From positions 5,828,001 through 5,892,000 of the forward strand of contig NC_092006.1 in NCBI RefSeq assembly GCF_044704955.1: DNA of 64,000 nucleotides, read 5' to 3'. Shown here piece after piece: positions 12,901-25,036 of the stretch. A model generated the notes under the pieces. The model made no database searches. It was not told the origin of the DNA and saw only the letters and a list, made by a program, of their open reading frames with translations. The number at the start of each line of letters is the position of its first letter. The first letter of the stretch is position 1. Source of the DNA: Pristiophorus japonicus (Eukaryota). Both the position numbers and the translations under genes were made by a program.

Positions 12901-14177
12901 GAGAGAGAGAGGCAGAGATTGAGAGCGAGAGAGAGAGACAGAGACAGCGACGGAACAAGTTAGAGATGTAACCGGGTTTAAGCTCCACTTTCTCTGTACT
13001 TGCTGGAAACATTTTTCCTACATTAAAACAATGACTACACTTCAAAAAAGTATGCCATTGGCTGTAAAGTGCTTTGGGAGCCCAGTGGTCGCTACAGAAA
13101 CGCCAGTCTGTCTTTGTTTCATTTCTGTTTTATCTCTAACGTTCTCTCGAAGGGTAACAGACCTGAAAGGTTAACTCAGTTTCTCTCCACAAATGCTGCC
13201 TGACCCGCTGAGCATCACAAGAAGTAATGTTTGTCTCCTGTTTCTGTTCCCACACGGTTTCAGCTCCAGAGGGACAGTGAACAGAGCAGGAGGAGGTGAA
13301 CCACACTTGGATGAGTTGGATTGAAATGTTGGCGCAAATAGAACGTCAAATGCAGGATATTTCAAAATTCAATTGGGTCATTGCCCGCCTTCAAAATATT
13401 CTCCTGTCTGCCGGACATCCAGAAAGGCTAATTACTGCTTAGTCATGCCAATTAATAATGTATCAGATTGTTAAATAATGTATCGGGTGGACAGTAGACT
13501 CCGGGGGTAGATCGTCCGTGCCCATCTATTGGTGTATTGGACCATTGGTGTATTGGACCATTGGTGTATTGAACCATTGGTTTATTGCACCATTGGTTTA
13601 TTGGACCATTGGTGTATTGCACCATTGGTGTATTGGACCATCAGTGTATTGGGGGAACATTGGTGTATTAATGGACCATTGGTTTATTGGGGGTCATAGG
13701 CTTAATGATGGACTATTGGCGCTCAGTGCCTCTATAATTTATTATAAATGAGCCGGTCTTGACAATAATTAAATTCAAATTCTTAACTATTTATACACAG
13801 TTGACACCCATCAAATGGAGGCAAGGCAGACACATCAGGGTACAAGACATGTAAGTAAATTCATTGACCCTGTTGCAATAATATACAGGAACTTGCCGAT
13901 TTTCTGGGTATCGCATGCAAATAATTGGCTTGTCTCTTTCAAAGAGCTGGCACGGGCACGATGGGCCGAATGGCCTATGCCTGTGCTGTATCATGCTACG
14001 ATTCCTTGAAACGCGATTGCGGGACGGGATAGTTTGAGCTGCCTTTCGAATAACTTGGAACTTGTCGATATTTAACGTGTGTTCCTGTCTCAGGGCGCCC
14101 CGCAAGACCAGACTTTCTACGCCTCTCTGCAATTCAAAGCCGCGGAAAAGTCATCAAGAAAGAAGGCGGGTCGCTGA
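3854..14177 (+). CDS. Gene 1: spliced IgSF receptor, L-V(J-like)-C1-TM-cytoplasmic tail with TFYASL motif (~330 aa)
   Basis: Eight GT-AG exons with compatible phases: 3854-3911, 6879-7193, 7291-7611, 12268-12369, 12470-12500, 13264-13295, 13801-13850, 14094-14177. They total 993 nt and are open to TGA. AATAAA at ~14716. The three small tail exons are less certain than V/C1/TM. Confidence 0.8.
4015..4490 (+). repeat. 37-bp minisatellite (C-rich strand) in an L2-like remnant
   Basis: cctccctatctctgtaacc(t/c)cctccagcccctaca units, ~13 copies. Confidence 0.9.
5475..6645 (-). repeat. 37-bp minisatellite (G-rich strand) in an L2-like remnant
   Basis: ggaggaggttacagagatagggaggggtgtaggggct units, ~31 copies. 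Confidence 0.9.
6879..7193 (+). CDS. Gene 1 exon 2, Ig V-set domain with degenerate J-like G strand
   Basis: GETVELEC..WYKQ..APKLV..DAASYSC..LRNGSLLLVG. Acceptor ctgtccag (alternative in-phase acceptor at 6885), donor G|gtaaga. Confidence 0.92.
7291..7611 (+). CDS. Gene 1 exon 3, Ig C1-set domain
   Basis: IPLVCLVTG..IAIYW..DPNGTYSIRSHV..EIW..VCTCIV. Acceptor cacccag, donor G|gtgagt. Confidence 0.92.
7619..12070. mobile_element. Cluster of truncated CR1-clade LINE 3' fragments in gene 1 intron 3
   Basis: RTRGH..RRNFF..RVVNLWNSLP peptides and (ttctatg)n/(ttcttatg)n tails at ~7619-7922(-), 8160-9270, 9765-10058(+), 10865-11520(+), 11560-12070(+). Confidence 0.85.
12268..12369 (+). CDS. Gene 1 exon 4, stalk Cys + transmembrane helix containing Arg
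   Basis: DWCTPILPFAIRVSAILVLVLILIILCHHNCGRR. Acceptor tttgcag, donor G|gtgagt. Confidence 0.85.
12470..12500 (+). CDS. Gene 1 cytoplasmic mini-exon 5 (EGRDKRPRQE)
   Basis: ctgtttcag acceptor, AG|gtgagt donor, phase 1 to 2. Confidence 0.7.
12740..12950. repeat. AG/ACAG-rich simple repeat
   Basis: Direct observation. Confidence 0.9.
13264..13295 (+). CDS. Gene 1 cytoplasmic mini-exon 6 (SSRGTVNRAGG)
   Basis: Polypyrimidine tract + tttcag, donor G|gtgaac. Phase 2 to 1 bridges the neighbouring exons. Confidence 0.55.
13525..13690. repeat. 16-bp tandem repeat (ccattggtgtattgga)
   Basis: About 10 degenerate units. Confidence 0.85.
13801..13850 (+). CDS. Gene 1 cytoplasmic mini-exon 7 (VDTHQMEARQTHQGTRH)
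   Basis: atacacag acceptor, CAT|gtaagt donor, phase 1 to 0. Confidence 0.6.
14094..14177 (+). CDS. Gene 1 terminal exon with ITSM/ITIM-like TFYASL
   Basis: cctgtctcag acceptor. GAPQDQTFYASLQFKAAEKSSRKKAGR*. The motif matches the paralogues' TxYAxL. Confidence 0.75.
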   Translation, partial: GAPQDQTFYASLQFKAAEKSSRKKAGR

Positions 14178-14867
14178 TGAGAACCCCGGAGGGGTTTCTA
14201 GCCGGTGGACGAGGGAGGAGACGGAACTCGCAAAGAAGAATGCCCAGCCCGGCGGAGATAAGACTGAAGCCACAGAGACTCCAATCAAACATCCGGGGGC
14301 TGGGCTTTGCACTTCACATCGCTGGCCTAGTGCCCATATATCACCCAAAATGCCCTGCTATCGCCCATTTCACTTCGCTGACCTATCGGCGAGTGGAAAA
14401 TCGCGATACAAAAAATGGGCGATGTTCCAGCGATCAGTAAGGCTGACACATCGACCATCGCTGGAACATCGTTCATTTTTTGGGCGATAGTCTAGCCTAC
14501 CTCCCTGTGTTCGGAAGGGTTTGCAAACACTCTTTCTGTTGAATGTAAAAGACCCGTGCTTTGAGTATTGTAAAGATGTCCCACTGTATTAGTGAGACCA
14601 CCATTTAGACCAGGGTCTTCTCAGTTTCCTGATTCTCTGAATCTTTTTCTGCTGACCCTGTAATTCCAGTCAGTAACAAGATTGGGGTTTTTTTTGTCGC
14701 AAATGCTTGAATATAAATAAAATAAATGGTCCTTTGACTGTAATGATGCACAGGAGGTTCCTATCGTTCAATGCTTCACTTACAATTAAATGTCATCTGG
14801 ATAAAACTTCGCTGGCTCTGAGCTGCCAATATCAGTCCTGAATTGAAAGAGTGTTAGTGGCGATATT

Positions 14868-15500
14868 CATAGAAACATAGAAAATAGGTGCAGGAGTAGG
14901 CCATTCGGCCCTTGTAGCCTGCACCGCCATTCAATGAGTTCATGGCTGAACATGCAACTTCAGTACCCTATTCCTGCTTTCTCGCCATACCCCTTGATCC
15001 CCCTAGTAGTAAGGACTACATCTAACTCCTTTTTGAATATATTTAGTGAATTGGCCTCAACAACTTTCTGTGGTAGAGAATTCCAAAGGTTCACCACTCT
15101 CTGGGTGAAGAAGTTTCTCCTCATCTCGGTCCTAAATGGCTTACCCCTTATTCTTAGGCTGTGACCCCTGGTTCTGGACTTCCCCAACATTGGGAACATT
15201 TTTCCTGCATCTAACTTGTCTGAACCCATCAGAATTTTAAACGTTTCTATGAGGTCCCCTCTCATTCTTCTGAACCCCAGTGAATACAAGCCCAGTTGAT
15301 CCAGTCTTTCTTGATAGGTCAGTCCCGCCATCCCGGGAATCAGTCTGGTGAACCTTCGCTGCACTCCCTCAATAGCAAGAATGTCCTTCCTCAAGTTAGG
15401 AGACCAAAACTGAACACAATACTCCAGGTGTGGCCTCACCAAGGCCCTGTACAAATGTAGCAACACCTCCCTGCCCCTGTACTCAAATCCCCTCGCTATT
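14868..15500 (-). mobile_element. CR1 LINE 3' fragment
   Basis: ORF 14960-15466 matches the C-terminus of the long CR1 ORF2. Confidence 0.9.
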
Positions 15501-15624
15501 CACTGTCTGAGGCCGCGATAGGCTTAATTGCTTACAGACTAACAACAGGAGAGAAACGAGGGCAGAGATGCAAGGAATTTATCCATTTTACCTTTGGCTT
15601 GTGTGTTTTGGTATGTGTAGTAAT

Positions 15625-17135
15625 TATAGAATGGTTACAGCACAGAGGAAGGCCATTTGGTCCATCGAGTCCGTGCCGACTCTGAACAAGTCCAACTCAC
15701 CCCCTCGTCCTTTCCCCGTAGCCCTGCAAAATTCTTTCCTTCAGATACTTACCCAACTCCCTTTTGAAAGCCCCGATTGAGTCTGCCTCCACCACCCTCT
15801 CAGGCAGCGCATTCCAGATCCCAACCACTTGCTGCGTAAAAACGTTTTTACTCACGTCGCCTTTGGTTCGTCTACCAATCGCCTTCAATCTGTGTCCTCT
15901 GGTTCTCCACCCTTCCACCAATGGGAACAGTTTCTCTCGATCTACTCGGTCCAGACCACCCATGATTTTGAACATCTCGATCAAATCTCCTCTCAATCGT
16001 TTCTGCCCCACGGACAACAACCCCGGCTTCTCCAGTCTCGCCCCGTCACTGAAGTCCCTCATTCCTGGAAGCATTCTCGTAAATCCTTCCTGCACCCTCT
16101 CCAAGGCCTTCACATCCTTCCCACAGTGCGGTGCCCAGAATTGGACACAATGCTCCAGTTGGGGGCCAAACAGATAACTTCCCCACTTTTCCACTCTACA
16201 CCTCAACTTATGGACCCCAGATACCCGTCAGCCTTTGTAACTGCTTTCTCAACCTTGCTAGAACGACTGTCCGAGACAGATGAGTGAGTGTAGCATGGCT
16301 TGGGAGGACTGGATGACTTTGGACCTGTGGTCCCCAAAGCTCTCCATAACTGGGGGCTTTGCTCAAGTCAGGTCTGGGTCTGTTGTAGACTAATGGGTTG
16401 CGATGGTTTACCATTATCATTGGATCACGCGACCACCAGGATGGTAGAAGGCGAGCAAGATAATATTTATCTTTCTCTTTCCCATGGCAACTAGTGATGA
16501 TTTCAACATTCACACCCCATCTAGACTCAGCTTTACTTTCCTATCTTATACCGTTACCATCTCAATTCGGCCCATTGTCCCCTTTTGCCTCTCTAATCTC
16601 TCCTGCCTTCCCCCCGATCACAGACCTTCCTGTTTGTTCTTTCATAAGAACATAAGAACATAATATAAGAACATAAGAATTAGGAACAGGAGTAGGCCAT
16701 CTAGCCCCTCGAGCCTGCTCCGCCATTCAACAAGATCATGGCTGATCTGGCTGTGGACTCAGCTCCACTTACCCGCCCGCTCCCCGTAACCCTTAATTCC
16801 CTTATTGGTTAAAAATCTATCTATCTGTGACTTGAATACATTCAATGAGCTAGCCTCAACTGCTTCCTTGGGCAGAGAATTCCACAGATTCACAACCCTC
16901 TGGGAGAAGAAATTCCTTCTCAACTCGGTTTTAAATTGGCTCCCCCGTATTTTGAGGCTGTGTCCCCTAGTTCTAGTCTCCCCGACCAGTGGAAACAACC
17001 TCTCTGCCTCTATCTTGTCTATCCCTTTCATTATTTTAAATGTTTCTATAAAATCACCCCTCATCCTTCTGAACTCCAACGAGTAAAGACCCAGTCTACT
17101 CAATCTATCACATTAAGGTAACCCCCTCATCTCCG
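15625..17135 (-). mobile_element. Two CR1 LINE 3' fragments (~15625-16260, ~16644-17135)
   Basis: CR1 ORF2 C-terminal peptides in the ORF track. Confidence 0.8.
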
Positions 17136-18464
17136 CCCCTGCCTCTTTCCTCCCCTCCCCCTTTCACTATCCCCTTTGCACTTCCTTAAAAAGAAAGACT
17201 TGCATTTATATAGCGCCTTTCACGACCACCAGGCATCTCAAAGTGCTTTACAGCCAATGGAGAGTACCTTTGGAGTGTAGTCACTGTTGTATTGTGGGAA
17301 ACGCGGCAGCCGATTTGCGCACAGCAAGCTCCCACAAACAGCCATGTGATAATGACCCAGATCATCTGTTTGTTATGTTGGTTGAGGGATAAATATTGGC
17401 CCCAGGACACCGGGGAGAACTCGAAATAATGCCTTGGGATTGTTTATGTCCACTGAGAGAGTAGATGGGCCTCCACCAAACAAAATAGTTTCTCTCTATC
17501 TAGTCTATGAAATAGTTAAATCGCCTTAATCACCTCAATTAGATAACCCCCTAATCTTTTATACGCAAGGGGGGTCTGTGCACACTGTCCTTATAAGTTA
17601 ACCCTTTTTGCCCAACATGGTACTGGTGAACTTAAAGGCTCTTTGTAAAAACCTACAATATAAATTAACATTAACAAGAACACTGGGTCGCTGGGAATTT
17701 ATTCAAACTCTCATAAGATGTTTTGGGAAGTTTCTGGGCGATGGATTTGAACGGGTCTTTGCCAGGATTGTTGCTGTTCCCGAATCTCATCCGGTTGTAC
17801 CTGCTGATTCCAAAGTGATCGGAAGGGGAGTGATTAAACTGACTCTGGTGGATAACGCAATGTAACTACCTGTGGTACAGCCCTGTTTCTGGCTCAATAT
17901 CTCCTCTGGGTAAAGAAGTTTCTCCTGAATTCCCCATTGATGGCCCCTGGTTCTAGTCTCTCCCACAAGTGGAAACACTCCACGTCTACCCTATCGAACC
18001 CTTTCAGAAGCTTAAAGACCTGTATCTTGTTGACCCTCCGTCTCTTTTCGAGGGCCCCAGCAGGTTCAGCCTTTCCTGATGGCAAAACCTCTTAGTTCTG
18101 GTATCGTTTTAGTCAATCTTTTTTGCACCTTATCCAGTGCCTCTATATTGTTTTTATGATACGGAGAGCAGAACTGTGCACAGTGCCCCAAGTGTGGTCT
18201 AACCAAGGTCCGATACAAGTTTAACATAACTTCCCAACTTTTCAATTCTATCCCTCTACAAATGAACCCTGGTTCTTTGCTTGTTTTAATGAGCTTGTTA
18301 AGCTATGTCGCTACATTTAGTGATTAGTGTATCTGTACCCCAGATCCCTCTATTCCTCTACCTCATTATGGAAACTTATTTTCTAAGAAGGAACAGATAT
18401 TTATAATAGATAACGAATTGCTGACAAAATCACTTCACTGCATTATTATGAACATACAGAACAT

Positions 18465-19340
18465 ACATTTATATAGTGCTTTTCACGACCACCGGACATC
18501 TCGAAGTGCTTTAAAGCCAATGAAGTACTTTTGGAGTGCACTATTGTAATGTGGGAAACGCAGCAGCCAATTTGTGCACAGCAAGCTCCCACAAACAGCA
18601 ATATGAAAATGACCCAGATATTCTGTTTTATTTTGTTAATTGAGCGATAAATATTGGCCAGGCTACCGGAGATAATTCCCCTGCTCTTCTTCGAAACAGT
18701 GCGATATTTTATATCCAGATGAGAAAGCAGCTTGGTTTAATGTCACATCCGAAACACGGCACCTCCGACACTACAGCGCTCCCGCAGTACTGCCCCTCCG
18801 ACAGTGCGGCGCTCCCGCAGTACTGCCCCTCCGACAGTGCGGCGCTCCCGCAGTACTGCCCCTCCAACAGTGCGGCGCTCCCGCAGTACTGCCCCTCCGA
18901 CAGTGCAGTGCTCCCTCAGTACCGCCCCTCCAACAGTGCGGCGCTCCCTCAGTCCTGCCCCTCCGACAGTGCGGCACTCCCTCAGTACTGCCCCTCCGAC
19001 AGTGCGGTGCTCCCTCAGTACCGCCCCTCCAACAGTGCGGCACTCCCTCAGTATTGCCCCTCCAACACTCCATCAGTACTGCCCCTCCGACAGTGTGGTG
19101 CTCCCTCCGCACTGCCCTCCCTCAGTACTGCCCCTCCCACAGTGCGGCACTCCCTCAGTACTGCCCTTCCCACAGTGCGGCGCTCCCTCAGTACTGCCTC
19201 TCCGACAGTGCGGTGCTCCCTCAGCCCTGCATTGCAGTGTCAGTCTAGATTTTTGTGCTCAAGTCTCTGGAGTGGGACTTGAACCCACAACCTCTTGTCT
19301 CAAAGGCAAGTGTGCTGCCCACTGAGCCACAGCTGACACT
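18465..19340 (-). mobile_element. Deu-type SINE with 33-bp array
   Basis: Same family as 55-770, ~14 units. Confidence 0.8.
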
Positions 19341-19994
19341 TAAAAGGAGCTGCTGGGTTTAAAATAATCCAGTTTCAATAGTAAATGTGACAAGGTTCAC
19401 CTCCAGGACACAGCCAGAGAATGTTTGGGATCCATGTAAACGCCAGCTTTAATATCAATGCAGCTTAAACCTGGAATCAGTGTCTGAGTTGCCCCAGAGG
19501 TCCTTAGCCCCACATAAATCACATTTGCTCTATAAATGTGCGCTGTAAATCAGCATTAGAGATACACTGAGCGCATCTGGGCTTGAACGTTCAAAGAGCA
19601 GGAATCGCAAACGCAATGCTGGGGTTTGACAACCTGTTTATTTGTATTTGTAACATCGGACAGTGAGCCGTGTTAACTACGACTTGAATAATATCGTGCT
19701 CACAGACAGCACAATGCATTTAAGAACAATACAAGCGAGGAGAGACAAGCCGGGACTGAACGGAAATGGCAGGCGACGTGTCGTCTTCGGAGTAGCGGAT
19801 GATGGGTCAAGAGAGGATTTCGACATGTTTCGAAGCTCCCGCAGAATTCCCCGTTTGCAAAGCGGCTTGAAATTGCACCGGTGGTGTTTCGGCGTTAAGG
19901 TTCTCCAATCGGCGTTACAATGGTTCTGCGTTGGTCAGTTTCCTCTTGCGATTAATTATTGATCAATGCGCATCAGATCGACAGAGTTCTTATA

Positions 19995-20430
19995 TTCAGA
20001 GGAAAGGTTGGATAGGCTGGCGTTGTTGTCTTTGGAACAGAGGAGGCTGAGGGGAGAGCTAATTGAGGTGTGTAAAATGCTGAGGGGCCAGGATAGAGTG
20101 GATAGGACGGACCTGTTTCCCTTGGCAGAGGGGTCAACAACCAGGGGGCATAGACTGAACGTAATTGGGGGGAGGTTTAGAGGGGAGTTCAGGAGAACTT
20201 TGTTCACCCAGAGGGTGGTGGGGGTCTGGGGCGGAGCTCGCTGCCTGAAAGGGCGGTAGAGGCAGAAACCCTCACCACATTTGGATGTGCACCTGAAGTG
20301 CCGTAACCTACAGGGCTACGGACCAAGAGCGGGAAAGTGGGATTAGGCTGGGTGGCTCTTGGTCGGCCGGCCCGGACACGATGGGCCGTAATGGCCTCCT
20401 TCCGGGCTGTAAGTTTCTAGCGTTTCTATG
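19995..20430 (+). mobile_element. CR1 3' fragment in the presumed 3' UTR of gene 2 (antisense)
   Basis: EERLDRL..RRLRGELIEV..TRGH peptide. Confidence 0.8.
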
Positions 20431-20457
20431 GTTTCAGAGGAAACTTTCCACCATGCT

Positions 20458-20535
20458 TCATATCCATGAGCTGTTCACTTTCCTTTCCTGTCGGACTGTT
20501 GGATCCGCCTTAAATGCCAGTTGGGCGTAAAGAGT
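20458..20535 (-). CDS. Gene 2 terminal exon (TLYAQLAFKADPTVRQERKVNSSWI*)
   Basis: ttttctctcatag acceptor, phase 0, TxYxxL motif. Confidence 0.82.
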   Translation of the reverse strand, partial: TLYAQLAFKADPTVRQERKVNSSWI

Positions 20536-23500
20536 CTATGAGAGAAAACAGAAACCATTATCGCGGCTCACATCATCACCATCGGAACGGAGTGACAGGA
20601 GGAGGCCATTCAGCCCCTCGAGCATGTTCCCCCACTCAATAAGATAAGAACATAAGAAATAGGAGCAGGAGTCGGCCATTCGGCCCCTCGAGCCTGCTCC
20701 GCCACTTAATGAGATCATGGCCGATCTGATCATGGACTCAGCTCCACTCCCCTGCCTGCTCCCCATAACCTCTTATCGCCATCGTTCAAGAAACTGTCTA
20801 TCTCTGTCTTAAATTTATTCAATGTCCCGGCTTCCACAGCTCTCTGAGGCAGCAAATTCCACAGATTCACAATCCTCTGAGAGAAGAAATTTCTCCTCAT
20901 CTCAGTTTTAAATGGGCGGCCCCTTATTCTAAGATCGTGCCCCCTAGTTCTAGTCTCCCCCATCAGTGGAAACATCCTCTCTGCATCCACAGCTGATCCT
21001 GTATCTTAACTCACTCTACCCACCTTGGTTCCCTAACCCTTAATCCCCTTACCCAACAAGAGTCGATCCACCTCTGTCTTGACATTTCCAACTGACCCCT
21101 GACCTCGACAGCTTTTTGGGGGAGAGAGTTCCAGATTCCCGCTCCCCTTTGTGTGAAGAAGTGTTTCCTGTCATCACCCCTGAACGGTCTGGCTCGAAAT
21201 TTAAGGTGACGTCCCCTTGGTCTGGACTCACCCCGCCAAAGGAACTCATTTCTCTCTCTATCCACCTATCGAACACTTTAATCATCATAAACAACTCGAT
21301 TAGATCGCCCTTTAATCTTCTATACTCCAGGGAATAAAAGCTTAGTCTGTGCGACCTGTCTTAATAATTTAACGCTTTTAGCCCCTGTATTATTAGTTAG
21401 GCCACAGCTGAAGTACTGCGTGCAGCTCTGGTCACCACATTACAGGAAAGATGTGATTGCACTGGAGAGGGTGCAGAGGAGATTTACCAGGATGTTGCAC
21501 TGGAGAGGGTGCAGAGGAGATTTACCAGGATGTTGCACTAGAGAGGGTGCACAGGAGATTTACCAGGATGTTGCACTAGAGAGGGTACAGAGGAGATTTA
21601 CCAGGGTGTTGCACTGGAGAGGGTGCAGAGGAGATTTACCAGGATGTTGCACTGGAGAGGGTGCAGAGGAGATTTACCTGGATGTTGCACTGGAGAGGGT
21701 ACAGAGGAGATTTACTAGGATGTTGCACTGGAGAAGGTGCAGAGGAGATTTACCAGGATGTTGCACTGGAGAGGGTGCAGAGGAGATTTACCAGGATGTT
21801 GCACTGGAGAGGGTGCAGAGGAGATTTACCAGGATGTTGCACTAGAGAGGGTGCAGAGGAGATTTACCAGGATGTTGCACTGGAGAGGGTACAGAGGAGA
21901 TTTACCAGGATGTTGCACTAGAGAGAGTACAGAGGAGATTTACCTGGATGTTGCACTGGAGAGGGTACAGAGGAGATTTACTAGGATGTTGCACTGGAGA
22001 GGGTGCAGAGGAGATTTACCAGGATGTTGCACTAGAGAGGGTGCAGAGGAGATTTACCAGGATGTTGCACTGGAGAGGGTGCAGAGGAGATTTACCAGGA
22101 TGTTGCACTAGAGAGGGTGCAGAGGAGATTTACCAGGATGTTGCACTAGAGAGGGTGCAGAGGAGATTTACCAGGATGTTGCACTAGAGAGAGTACCGAG
22201 GAGATTTACCAGGATGTTGCACTGGAGAGGGTACAGAGGAGATTTACTAGGATGTTACACTAGAGAGGGTGCAGAGGAGATTTACCAGGACATTGCACTA
22301 GAGAGGGTACAGAGGAGATTTACCAGAATGTTGCACTAGAGAGGGTACAGAGGAGATTTACCAGGATGTTGCATGGACTGGAGAATTTTAGCGACGAGGA
22401 AAGATTGGATAGGCTGGGGGTTGTTTTCTCTGCAACAGAGGAGGCTGAGGGGAGACCTGATTGAGGTGTATAAAATGATGAGGAGCCTGGATAGAGTGGA
22501 TAGGAAGGATCTGTTTCCCTTGGCAGAGGGGGTCAACAACCAGTGGGCATAGATTGAAAGTAATTGGGCGGAGGTTTAGAGGGGATTTGAGGGGAAATGT
22601 CTTCACCCAGAGGGTGGTGGGGGTCTGGGGCGGAACTCACTGCCTGAAAGGGAGGTAGAGGCAGAAACCCTCACCACATTTAAAAAGTACCTGGATGTAC
22701 ACTTGAAGTGCCGTAACCTACAGGGCTACGGATTGAGAGCGGGAAAGTGGGATTAGGCCGGGTGGCTCTCGGTCGGCCGGCGCGGGACACGATGGGCCGA
22801 ATGGCCTCCTCCCGCGCAGTAAACTTCTGTGATTCTATGATTATTCTGTCAACTTGTAATTATATATAATCGCCAACTTAAAATATAGACCGATATTTTG
22901 TAATCTGTTTTTGCAGTTCTATCAAAATAAACTGCTTTCCTGCAGAGTTCATTGTGCAAAGTTTTATAGAATCGTTAACTATGAATCTTAACCGTTGGAT
23001 TAAGGATGAGTGCAGGTAACTGCAAGGTGTCAAGCAAAGACAATTATTTTCACTCTCACCTCCTTATCTCTTGCACCTGGTCTGGAATCCGTGAATTTCT
23101 CATCGCTGGCCGTGTTACCTGAAATAAAGGGAATGCAATCTAAGTCTAAATGCACACACATTTCACGCTGACATGCACCGAGCCAAACGTTGTTTCCTTC
23201 AGGTAATTATCCAACTCCCTTTTGAAAGCCACGTTTGAGTCTGCCTCTACCACCCTCTCAGGCAGTATGTTCCAGACCCTAACCACTCGCTGCTTAAAAA
23301 TAGTTTTTCCTCATTTCGCCTTTGCTTCTTCTGCCTTAAATCTGTGTCCTCTGCTTCTCCACCCTTCTCCCAACGAGAACAGTTCCTCTCTGTCTGGACC
23401 CCTCACGATTTGGCCATCCTGACTTGGGCATAGGTCATTGGGTCACAATCCCGGCACTCCATCCCTAACAGCACTGTTAGGAGCACCTTCACCACAGCGG

Positions 23501-24967
23501 ACTGTCGAACTCGTTTGGCAGAACGTCTCATCGCAAGAGCTTTCACACAAGCACCAACATGTAGCTTGGTTGGCGGTGAGGAGGGCCTTACCCGTCAGAG
23601 CCTTCATGCACAGCCGACGTCTCAGCAGCACGGCACGGTGCCCCCGGGCCGGCTGCGGGGCGGACGAGACTGTCACCCATCTCCTTCAGGATTGCCCCTT
23701 CGCGAGGCAGGTTTGGAAAGAGATGCAGTGGTTGCTGTCGAGGTTCATCCCGAGCAGCTCCGTAACACAGGACCCTGTGCTCTACGGGCTGTTCCCAGGG
23801 ACACACACCCAGACTGACATCACCTGCTGCTGGAGGGCCATCAACTCGGTCAAAGACGCTCTTCGGTCTTGCCGAGACTTGCTGGTCTTCCAGAGCAAGG
23901 AGATGTCCACGTCTGCGTGTTGCAGACTGGCGCAATCCACGATCCAGGATTACGTGCTGAGGGACGCACTTAAAATTGGTGCAGTCGCCACAAAGGCACG
24001 GTGGGGAAGGGCCGCAGTTTAAAGCCCTTCTGACACGGTAAACCCAGGAGGCAGGAATCAGTACAAAACTCCCCTCGGGCCGTACTTGTAACTTCTTTTT
24101 TGTGTACATGGAGCACCATGATCTGTAAACACCTATGTAGTGCCATGTACAATGTAAGGTCTGTTTCGTAATGCACGTTGAAGAGAAAAATGTAAATGTA
24201 CCGTCACCCATTCCGTGTACTGTATAGTGACACATGTAATGTAATTTGTCGAATGTACTACAAGGTATCCCATATTGTACCGAATTGTACTTGAACTGAA
24301 AAGCAAAGAAATGTATCGAAAGGAACTGCCGTCAGCACCCAAATGTAGTGTATGGGATTGCTGACCGCAGCTAAATGTACTGAACTGCTTTTGAATGTAC
24401 TGTACAAATTTTTAGACGAATAAAGTATATTTTGAAATTAAAAAAAATAACACAGTAACTGGATAGATTGGCCGCGCCTCCCGACCGCCGCTACCTGACT
24501 GCCGGGTCCTGCAGCTCCAGCTCGCCATCACCGTCACCATCAGGAGGAGGAGAAGCACCACCGGGCAAGTCACCAAAACCCATAAACTACAGTCGCTGTG
24601 CAGCGGGAGCCCTGTACACAAGGGGGAAAAACAGCCTCTTAGTTAAAAAAAAATCCCGTAACCCAAGCCCTCTGCTTCTCGCAGGAGGTTCAGGGAGACC
24701 CAATACCATCTTCCAGGGTCCACGAGGGTTAGATACTCAATACCAAGTCNNNNNNNNNNNNNNNNNNNNNNNNNNNNNNNNNNNNNNNNNNNNNNNNNNN
24801 NNNNNNNNNNNNNNNNNNNNNNNNNNNNNNNNNNNNNNNNNNNNNNNNNNNNNNNNNNNNNNNNNNNNNNNNNNNNNNNNNNNNNNNNNNNNNNNNNNNN
24901 NNNNNNNNNNNNNNNNNNNNNNNNNNNNNNNNNNNNNNNNNNNNNNNNNNNNNNNNNNNNNNNGTGT

Positions 24968-25036
<69 letters not shown>

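Noticed and set aside
13264-13324. Gene 1 ending early at ..GGGEPHLDELD*
   Set aside because: Possible as an isoform, but the downstream exons phase correctly to the conserved TxYxxL exon and a polyA signal.
21420-22187. CRISPR-like or repeat-protein reading of the 38-, 28-, 33- and 37-bp arrays
   Set aside because: Head-to-tail units with no unique spacers, eukaryotic context, no cas genes, and units traceable to retroelements.
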